A stretch of DNA of 64,000 nucleotides. Source: Antedon mediterranea. Lineage: Eukaryota; Animalia; Echinodermata. The notes beneath the pieces were generated by a model. It searched no databases. It was not told the origin of the DNA and was given only the letters and a program-made list of their open reading frames with translations. The DNA lies in NCBI RefSeq assembly GCF_964355755.1, contig NC_092678.1:22399365-22463364 (forward strand), written 5' to 3'. A program made the position numbers and the translations under genes. Shown here one piece after another: positions 1 through 10,500 of the stretch. The stretch's first letter is position 1; the number at the start of each line of letters is the position of its first letter.

Positions 1-94
1 GTAGTGATATGACATTATCATGTCCATATATATATCACATATTTTTTGTCACATAAAGTTTTGTCACATAAAGTTTGATAGTGTAGACAGAGTT
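1..94. mobile_element. MITE family A, right end (cut by window edge)
   Basis: Ends AGTTTGATAGTGTAGACAGAGTT-TAA; carries the GTAGTGATATG unit. Confidence 0.8.
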
Positions 95-735
95 TAAACA
101 ACAGGGATTAAAATTAGGTTTACTTTTTCCAATTTGTAATTATACTATTATAAGTTTAGAAACAAGTCTACCTTAACATGGCGTACAATTAGAATAATCA
201 ATTTCATCTAGAAATAATTTCTTTTGTAACGATTTGCATGGATAAGTGAAGAAGTTAATTGATTTCAATTAGATATTGACATTTTTAGAAAATTATTCTC
301 AATTACCCGAGTTCAAAGACGTGTTAACGGAAATGAGGAACAATACGTTTTATTGTATGTCGCTTATAACAAGTTTGTCGAACCTGGTAGTTTCTGTGAC
401 AGCATCGATTATCTGATCACGAACCAATAGATGAGACTACAAATAATTCATGAAATTATATTAATAGTATCTATAGATTGTCTTGTTAATGATCAGGAAA
501 TTTTACAATTTTTAGTATTGACCTAAAAAAACGCTTTTGTATTTTGCTATGATTGATCAATAACTCAATCTCATCTAAATATTAGCCTTGATATTACAAT
601 ATTAGACCAACGGAAATACATCACTGTGGATGATTGAGTTACAATCCTACCTTCTAATTTAGTATAAATTTAGGTTAAATTGGTCAATTCCAATATGCTT
701 AATGTGGCCAATCTAACCAAGTCTAGTCTAATTAA

Positions 736-873
736 AGTTGGTTCCAATTGGATGTAATAGGAAGTAATTTGACCAATCATGACTTTATGAGTCATCCAAC
801 TGTGGCTTGTGATTGGTCAACTCACTTTGGTTGCATCTATGTTTTTGCGTTGCGTTCAAATGGGAACCAAACT
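736..873. mobile_element. MITE family B (PIF/Harbinger-like)
   Basis: Termini AGTTGGTTCCAATT / AATGGGAACCAAACT, internal inverted repeat TTGACCAATCA..TGATTGGTCAA, TAA on both sides. Confidence 0.7.
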
Positions 874-876
874 TAA

Positions 877-1026
877 AGCTCTGTCTACACTATCAAACTT
901 TATGCGACAAAAAAATGTGATGTGCCCATATATGGACACGATGAAATCATATCAATACCATATTTGTGCATATCACTACCATATTTGGGCACATTTTTTG
1001 TCGAGTTTGATAATGTAGGCATAGCT
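877..1026. mobile_element. MITE family A (PIF/Harbinger-like)
   Basis: TIR AGCTCTGTCTACACTATCAAACT / AGTTTGATAATGTAGGCATAGCT, TAA target duplication. Confidence 0.85.
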
Positions 1027-3690
1027 TAACGCCTAAAAAAAATTGGATTAAGATTACAGCAATGACATGTTTAGATAAAAGAAATGAAAATCTTTAGATA
1101 AAAGAAAAAAAAAATAAATCTTGATATTTATTTAAAAAACATTGATGGAAGGGCAGACAACTGACAAGGACAATGTCATCTATGCCTCATGGTCTGACAG
1201 AAGTAAAGAACAATATTCTCTCCTCTATTATTACAATAATATTTGAATAATTATATAAATTAATTTACTTAAGATTGAGTTATTGATCACTCACAAAAAG
1301 CACCAGATCAATATTTTACTTATTAAAAGTTTGTCGAACCTGACAGAAAGTGTGACAGCATTGATTATCTGACACAGCATCGATAGAAGATGACAAAAAT
1401 AATTCACTAAGTGATATTAATAGTTTCTTTAGATTGTTTTGGTAATGATCTGGGATTTTTACAATATCGAGTATCGACCGGAATAAAAAAACGCTTTGTA
1501 TTTTGCTATGATCAATAACTCAATCTCATTAAAGTATTAGCCTTGGTAAAAGAATATTATATATGTCTATTTATACGTCTTTAGTGTAAAATAGTTGTAG
1601 GGCTTCTAGACCTCTAGAAAGTGTGGTACCGTGGGGGGGTCACTGTAAAATAAAAGCATATCATACAGTAATTTTAATAAAAGTATTTATTGTTATTCCT
1701 CCATGATAGAATTAGATATTAGGAATCATTTCAAAATCATTCATCTGCAGTTACTGCAGTAACTACACCTTGTCTACTCTTTAATTTTTTCATTGGATTA
1801 TTTAGCAAACTTTTTTCGTAGTAATCATACATAGGCCTACTGTACTGTTGATTGTAGCTAATTATCTTTAAAACTTCTACATTGACACAAACTAAACAAT
1901 AAAAGAAATTCGCAACTAAGTCTTTCTTTTAAAACCAAATTATTAAATTATCTCAATATTTTATTTTAAAAATAATTTTGATATTGAAAATGTGTGTAGT
2001 TTTTTGTAGCTGCTTTAATTGTAAAACGTAATTTTTTATTTTTTTATTTCTGTGCTCTGTTCTGTGTTGACCAACTAGCATAGGTGTTTAGCACCTGTTT
2101 GGTCTTGCCTTGCCTTTTATACTTGTTTTGTCTTCTTTGTATTGTGTATGGCAGAAAATGTTTATTTATTTAATTTCAATAATGGCAAAATAACAATAAT
2201 ACTGTATATGATATATATAGACATTAATTGAGGAGAAGAAACTGTACTGTTGTTACTGCGGTAGAAAAAAAACCTTGTTGTGGTCCCTTATTAATTGTGG
2301 TTTATGGCTGTACACAAAATAAGACAATTTTTATTTTATAATTAGTACATGGAGGTAAACCTCCATGATTAGTACTGTATTACTCAAAAGTTTATGAATT
2401 AAATCAGCCCACAATACTTGTTGTATACAGATTAATTAGCCTTCAATGTGACCTTAATTACATTGAACTAAAAACATCCTAGAGGTGTCAATTCGCTGAC
2501 CTCACAGGTGACAATTCGCTGACCTTATATTCAATGACATTACCTGTTTTGGTAGTGTTTACATCTATTGATCTTTAATTCTTATTTACCTGTTTTTTCA
2601 TAATAGGTATTGACGATTCGTAACTAAAGCGGAAGTTGAGTCAATGTTACATGATTCCCAAATTGACGTCAGGGTTTTCAGACAATGCCTTTGAAGTTCT
2701 GAAGGAGATCTCTTTTAATAGATAAGATTTAAGAATTATGTTTAAAAGATATACAGTATTATAATACTACAGAATGATGTATCATACCTTCTATATTATA
2801 GAAATGTGTCAATATTCATCGTTTTGTATTGTAGTATTGTACCCTATCTAAAAGATTAGCAAATTAAACTTTAGAATTTAGAAAGTCCAAACTTTTAATG
2901 ATAAAATATCTGAATAGGAAAGCATGGCAGTATATTTAAAATGCATCAATTGTAGAGGGCGCTATGTATAAAATCTTGGACCTCAGCAGTAATATTCCAT
3001 GTTTTGTCACGCCGCATCTTTTATCAGTTATATATTCAAGAGAACAGAAGCATTAGGAAAATTTTACCATATAGTTCACTACGGCTAAAAAAATGGAATG
3101 GGACTGGGCATGTGCACACCCTACCAAGTCTGGGAAAAGAGAGTCTATGAAAACATTTGCCGATAGATATTGAGATGCATGTAGACTAGAGCGGGCGTTT
3201 TTTGTAAGAAATTGTTGTTTAAAGGTCTTAGGTAGAGTGTAAACAATAAATGTATACATATTTCTTTCCCATATCCAGGATTACTAAAAACATGTGTCAT
3301 TTTGGGGGATATTACAATACAGTACATGTTTATGAATTTAGACAAAAAGAAAAATTTAGTCCATGTTTCATTTTACACAAACAAGGTCATTTTGCAATGT
3401 AGAATGGACTAAATGAACTCAAGAGTCCACATTTAACTGCGTAAAGATACAAGAATTTTAACTACCCTTGGAGAGGGAAGTGGTGAATGTTCAATTGCGA
3501 AGCGACCTCACAGGACCAGTAACAATATATACTACTGTAATACGAAAGTTTGAAAAAAAAAGCAACAGACATTTTATTACTGTTTATACCAAGTGTTTTA
3601 TTTGCCAATGCATTACTCGTAAACAGTAGTATTTTTGATCTAATTGTTTGTAATAAACAGTTCTATGTTACAGGTATCTGCAAAATCCAT

Positions 3691-4099
3691 CTATGCCTTC
3701 GGTTTAGGGTGACGTACATTGTGTTTCTTTGCGAACCTCATATTCTTCAAAAACTTTGGATCAACCTAGAAAAGAAATATGAGAAATTATATTAAAATTA
3801 CATTACATACAGGAATTACTAAAAAGTTGAGTGGTGTAATAACAAAATCCTTACCCCTTTCAATGATGGGTATCTTTGTGTTTTCGGCCTCTTTATACCA
3901 TTTCTGTGGTTTTTTTTACCTGTTTGGGGGAAAAAATTATAGTAAAATTAAAATGCATAATAATAGCTATTTGCCACAGAATTTCTTGATTATCTTGCCA
4001 ACACTTACAGTTACACTATTTTTTCTTTTTGTACAGTGCATTCTCTTATTTAGGAAACTTACTTTGGTTATGACTTGTATGGTTCTTTGACTTGGCCAT
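3691..4099 (-). CDS. RPL29: 60S ribosomal protein L29 (eL29); coding exons 4099-4063, 3919-3855, 3765-3691
   Basis: Manual splicing at GT-AG junctions gives [58 protein letters not shown] (58 aa). The [33 protein letters not shown] signature is that of eL29. Exon phases 1/0 are consistent; minus-strand AATAAA near 3597-3602. Confidence 0.97.
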
Positions 4100-4397
4100 G
4101 GTACGCACACAGTATCAACCTTAATAGAAAGAATGATGTCACCAAGATACAAACTGTCCAAATACACTATATAGAACCTAGGCCTAGCTTGGCCTAAGAC
4201 TAGCTAGGCCTAAAATATCCGACACGGGGAAGTCGAGCAATATCGATATTTATAATAGCACTTACTGTCACAATAGTGCTTTAAAATTACCAAAAAGTAT
4301 TAAAATAATATCCATTAAATAGATTAAAGTAACAATTACTTTTCGATTTATTCTAAGTAATTAGATATTTAGTGATATTTAACAAGTTTATTCTCAC

Positions 4398-4435
4398 CAC
4401 TGTTTACGTCTCAAAGATGGCGATAGGAAAGGAGG
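4398..4435 (-). promoter_or_regulatory. RPL29 non-coding first exon with TCT/5'TOP initiator and YY1-type motif
   Basis: Minus strand reads CCTCCTTTCCTATCGCCATCTTTGAGACGTAAACAGTG|GTGAG: pyrimidine start, CGCCATCTT (YY1 core), donor at 4397-4393. Matching acceptor TTCTATTAAG| at 4120, just upstream of the ATG. Typical ribosomal-protein gene architecture. Confidence 0.8.
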
Positions 4436-4521
4436 ATAGAGGGCGCATTATACTGCCACCAATGCTGCTTCAGGAAATGGGAGAGGAGAGAAACGTAAAC
4501 AATGAAATAACAATAATAAAT

Positions 4522-4586
4522 ATGGCGGGTTATTCGGATGGTGATTTCTTAAAAGAAATGACAAACATTCAACGCCTAATACATGA
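4522..4586 (+). CDS. CENPP: CENP-P exon 1 (MAGYSDGDFLKEMTNIQRLIH)
   Basis: ATG at 4522, donor GTGAGT at 4587, phase 2. Confidence 0.75.
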
Positions 4587-7500
4587 GTGAGTTTATGACA
4601 ATTTATATTTAAATAAAACTTAATTAAAGCTTAGCTACCTTCTGACCTGTCAAATAGTCCAGTCGAATATATTTGTTTTAGTTAGGCCCCTACACTAGCC
4701 TATAAGGCTAGGTAGGCCTACTAGTACTAGAGCTAGGAGTTAGGCTAGTAGTAGTGACAGACAGTGAGTGAGTGTCAGCAGTAGTAGCGTGTCGTGTCAG
4801 TACAGTTCAGTAGGTCTAGCCTAGTCTCTAGGTAGTAGTATAGTAGGCCTAGCTAGTGCTAAGTGTGGTGACAGTGTGTAGACTAGGCCTATAGGCCTAG
4901 CCTAGCTAGGCTACTAGCAAGGCAAGCAAGGAGGCTAGTAAAAGTAATAGGCCGCGGCCTACTAGTACTACACTAGCTAGGACCAGGACAGGTACGTTAG
5001 TTAGTTAGGCCCTATCTATAGGCTAGCTAGCCTAGTAAAGTAGTAGGAGTATGCCTAGCTAGTAGGCTAGTAGTAGTAGCTAGCTAGCTACCTTAGTAGA
5101 GCTAGTCTACCTACTACATAAAGACTGTGTGGTGTGTAGTCTAGCTAGGCTATAGTAGTACTGTAGTACTGTATGTAGCTAGACTAGATAGGCTTAACTA
5201 ACTACTCTATTACTAATAGTAGTAGGCTCTAGCTAAGTAGCTAGCCTACTACTACTAGTATTAGGAAAGGCTTTTCCAACTAGAGCTACAGTAGGCCTAA
5301 TAATGATATTATTACTAATAGTCTAACACTACTAACTAGCGGCTCTGTCTACCTAGTCTATTCTAGTAAGTTCACCTACTAATTTGTTTGTTTTTTAAAA
5401 GGTTTCCAAATGATCAACAGGGATCAGGAATGTCTCCACACATTGACAAGTTTCTCGAGGACAGTATGAAAAGGACAAGAAACATTGAGAGTTGTGAGAA
5501 ACTGGTGGAGCAATTGAAGATGGAAATTGAAAGTTTAGAGTCTGAACTCGACTCACAGAACGAGTCACTTCTCGGATTCTCAAACACTGAGCTTGATGCC
5601 ATTCAGTAAGTTTGCCATGAGACGATATGTTACAATAACTGCAGTGTTCCTCTTATTACTATACACACCAAAACTATTACAAACCTCCCTATAAATACCT
5701 CGATAGTATAATAATACTGTATATAGTTTATCAAGGATTTTTGTGTTGTCTTAGAGGTGGGTGTTGCTTACTTTTAGTACCGAGACGTTTCTTGTTTGGG
5801 TGCTATCATGTTCAAATTAGACTGGGTGGAAGTCCTTAAAATAACTTTAGGCTTGGTCACCCACTTCTCCCAGTAAATTTTGAAGGTGTATGCTTTCACC
5901 CATTCCCCTTAGTTTTGCCCAATAACCTTTGAATATAAGGAAATGTTATGGATTAATGTAAAAGAAATTATGGTTTAATTCACAGAGAAATGTTTAAAGT
6001 TGTAGAAGATAAGCATGGTTTTAGACCAGTGAATGTACAGCTGAAACCACATGATGTAAGTAGCCAAGACCTTTTGGTAGCTAAAATGAAGTTATGAACT
6101 ACTTTGATATCTATTTTTGATAGTACTATAATAATAATTATTAGCACTGTTGAAAAAAACCTGGATCTGCCCCTGCACTGACTACCTATAATAAATATCA
6201 TAATAAAATTATTTAAAAAATTACATAAAATTTTGAAATTACACACAATAAATAATAATAATTTATAAATTAGTAGTTAAATAGTAGAGGCTATTTCCAA
6301 CAAAACACTAACTTCTAAACAACTATATTATACTGTATAATCCCATTGTTGAACAAATGAATGTTTTTTTAACTTTGAACAAACCTGTCAAAACTTTACC
6401 TTCAAATGAGAGTCATTATGTTCCAAGCATATCGCCTCATTGCGTATTAAATATTTTTCTCTCAGAATTCTCTTATGGCATCTCTTACTGGCATTCATTT
6501 TGATGATTTTACCCGGAAATCAATTGGTCAAGAGGACGGCAGCATCATTATTAGGCAACACCTTCAAGGTCATTGCTACAATCAGGAATTTGATGTCGTG
6601 TTTGATGTAGCTGAAGTACAGGTAAGAGACCATAGAGATGATAAAAATAAAGTGTACAAGATGACAAGATTTTCTAGTTCTGTATACACTATCAAACTAG
6701 TTTGACAAAAAAAAGTGTGATATGCCATAAATATGGTAGTGATATGACATTATCATGTCCATATATGGGCATCACATTTTTGTAACACAAAGTGTGATAG
6801 TGTGGACAGAGCTTTAATCCTGTATTGCAAATGTAGGATGTTAAAACTTGTACCCCAACACACATCCTAGATAAATAAACTATTATGACTAGCCCCCTCT
6901 TTTTATAAAGCTATCTTTCAACAACATCTTTGACAGTGCCCTCTATTTTAAGTAATATAAATTTTGAATTGACTTTTTGCCATTCAATTAAAATTCTTGC
7001 AAATATCTTAAAGTCTCTCCAAGAATTCCCAAAGTTATTTAGTATTTGGAATTAGAAAAATCCTGTTGTAACACAAAATAAAGTAGGCTTATGCTTATTT
7101 TCACAATCTTCACTCAATTAAAACGATAATTGCTTAATTTAACTACAATTTATGGAAAACCTTGAAAATTATTAATTAGCTCGCTATACCTGTGCTTAAT
7201 AAGGTGTTAATTACTTATTGAACTTAAAATAATTGGAATGACATTTACGTTGACTAAATTTGGAAACATAGACTGTCCAGGGTTATTAATTGCCTAATAT
7301 GGTGTTTATCACTTATATAGTATTATTAACATGTTTTATGCTCTGTTGACAACAATAGCATTTTATATCTTTTATTATATAACACCTAAATAAATTCCTG
7401 TCATTTGATTGGACGAATGTGGGTCACATGGCGTGTAATAGTACGCACTATTCAACGATCGTTAAATAGTACTTTTATAATAGTTTGATTTGGTACTAGG

Positions 7501-10500
7501 TTAGTGTCAATGTAATGTAGTGTAAATAGTGTAGTGTTGCCAATACAGTATTTTGGTTTATATATATGCTATAGGCTTTCAATTGATATATATGGTGAAG
7601 TCCAACTATTTATTTTAATTTTAGTAGAATTCCTTATTAAAGAGACAATTTCAGTTGAAAATAAAAATCACTATTGTCAAATAGAGTAGAGATTCTACTC
7701 TATGAAGTCATTACAAATTGCATTCTCAAGTTTTAAAATTAAAAATCTTTCTGAAACTATTTTTAGTCGATTACAAGAATACCAGGGCATGCTTCAACGA
7801 CCTCCGAAACTGAAATCATTGTCACGCAACTGAAAATAAAAGTTGACCCAAAAATTGAAGAACATCTCAAGAAATTTATAGAGAAATGTGAAAGTAGGCA
7901 GAACCTGCAACCATTCTTTCAAACATACTCACAATACGCCGAATGGTATGACCACCGACAGAGGACCTACGAACATTTTAAGGTATAGTTTGTCTTTTTC
8001 ATGTCTTCATATCAAACTACCCAAATTAAACGGTCTGTCTACGCTATCAAACTAGTTTGACATAAAAAGTGTGATGTGCCCAGGTATGGTAGTGATATGC
8101 CCAGAAATTGTAGTGATATGCCCAAATGTGGTAGTGATATGCCCAAATGTAGTAGTGATATGCCCAAATGTGGTAGTGATATGCCCAAATGTGGTAGTGA
8201 TATGCCCAAATGTGGTAGTGATATGCCCAAATGTAGTAGTGATATGCCTAAATGTAGTAGTGATATGCCCAAATGTGGTAGTGATATGCCCAAATGTAGT
8301 AGTGATATGCCCAAATGTAGTAGTGATATGCCCAAATGTAGTAGTGATATGCCTAAATGTAGTAGTGATATGCCCAAATGTGGTAGTGATATGCCCAAAT
8401 GTGGTAGTGATATGCCCAAATGTGGTAGTGATATGCCCAAATGTAGTAGTGATATGCCTAAATGTAGTAGTGATATGCCCAAATGTGGTAGTGATATGCC
8501 CAAATGTAGTAGTGATATGCCCAAATGTAGTAGTGATATGCCCAAATGTAGTAGTGATATGCCCAAATGTAGTAGTGATATGCCCAAATGTAGTAGTGAT
8601 ATGCCTAAATGTAGTAGTGATATGCCCAAATGTGGTAGTGATATGCCCAAATGTAGTAGTGATATGCCCAAATGTAGTAGTGATATGCCCAAATGTAGTA
8701 GTGATATGCCCAAATGTAGTAGTGATATGCCCAAATGTGGTAGTGATATGCCCAAATGTGGTAGTGATATGCCCAAATGTGGTAGTGATATGCCCAAATG
8801 TGGTAGTGATATGCCTAAATGTGGTAGTGATATGCCCAAATGTAGTAGTGATATGCCCAAATGTAGTAGTGATATGCCCAAATGTAGTAGTGATATGCCC
8901 AAATGTGGTAGTGATATGCCCAAATGTGGTAGTGATATGCCCAAATGTGGTAGTGATATGCTCAAATGTAGTAGTGATATGCCCAAATGTAGTAGTGATA
9001 TGCCCAAATGTAGTAGTGATATGCCCAAATGTGGTAGTGATATGCCCAAATGTAGTAGTGATATGCCCAAATGTAGTAGTGATATGCCTAAATGTAGTAG
9101 TGATATGCCCAAATGTGGTAGTGATATGCCCAAATGTAGTAGTGATATGCCCAAATGTAGTAGTGATATGCCCAAATGTAGTAGTGATATGCCCAAATGT
9201 AGTAGTGATATGCCCAAATGTGGTAGTGATATGCCCAAATGTGGTAGTGATATGCCCAAATGTGGTAGTGATATGCCCAAATGTGGTAGTGATATGCCTA
9301 AATGTGGTAGTGATATGCCCAAATGTGGTAGTGATATGCCTAAATGTGGTAGTGATATGCCCAAATGTAGTAGTGATATGCCCTAATGTAGTAGTGATAT
9401 GCCCAAATGTAGTAGTGATATGCCCAAATGTAGTAGTGATATGCCCAAATGTGGTAGTGATATGCCCAAATGTGGTAGTGATATGCCCAAATGTGGTAGT
9501 GATATGCCCAAATGTGGTAGTGATATGCCCAAATGTAGTAGTGATATGCCCAAATGTAGTAGTGATATGCCCAAATGTAGTAGTGATATGCCCTAATGTA
9601 GTAGTGATATGCCCAAATGTGGTAGTGATATGCCCAAATGTGGTAGTGATATGCCCAAATGTGGTAGTGATATGCCCAAATGTAGTAGTGATATGCCCTA
9701 ATGTAGTAGTGATATGCCCAAATGTAGTAGTGATATGCCCAAATGTAGTAGTGATATGCCTAAATGTAGTAGTGATATGCCCAAATGTAGTAGTGATATG
9801 CCCAAATGTGGTAGTGATATGCCTAAATGTGGTAGTGATATGCCCAAATGTAGTAGTGATATGCCCAAATGTGGTAGTGATATGCCCAAATGTGGTAGTG
9901 ATATGCCCAAATGTGGTAGTGATATGCCCAAATGTAGTAGTGATATGCCCAAATGTAGTAGTGATATGCCCAAATGTAGTAGTGATATGCCCTAATGTAG
10001 TAGTGATATGCCCAAATGTGGTAGTGATATGCCCAAATGTGGTAGTGATATGCCCAAATGTGGTAGTGATATGCCTAAATGTGGTAGTGATATGCCCAAA
10101 TGTGGTAGTGATATGCCCAAATGTGGTAGTGATATGCCCAAATGTGGTAGTGATATGCCCAAATGTGGTAGTGATATGCCCAAATGTAGTAGTGATATGC
10201 CCAAATGTAGTAGTGATATGCCTAAATGTGGTAGTGATATGCCCAAATGTGGTAGTGATATGCCCAAATGTGGTAGTGATATGCCCAAATGTAGTAGTGA
10301 TATGCCCAAATGTAGTAGTGATATGCCCAAATGTAGTAGTGATATGCCCAAATGTAGTAGTGATATGCCCAAATGTAGTAGTGATATGCCCAAATGTGGT
10401 AGTGATATGCCCAAATGTGGTAGTGATATGCCCAAATGTGGTAGTGATATGCCTAAATGTGGTAGTGATATGCCTAAATGTGGTAGTGATATGCCTAAAT

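Larger units (their letters stand above)
371..1545. repeat. Two diverged ~220-bp direct copies (371-590, 1327-1545)
   Basis: Both start AAGTTTGTCGAACCTG and end GATCAATAACTCAATCTCAT..TATTAGCCTTG. Confidence 0.8.

Noticed and set aside
2590-3350. Possible exons downstream of RPL29 (ORFs 3053-3259, 3145-3345 and a frame near 2600-2715)
   Set aside because: No consistent splice-site and frame combination and no recognisable protein similarity.
4372-4521. N-terminal extension of CENP-P suggested by ORF 4372-4590
   Set aside because: Overlaps the RPL29 first exon and promoter; the ATG at 4417 is part of the YY1-like motif. ATG 4522 is preferred, though not proven.
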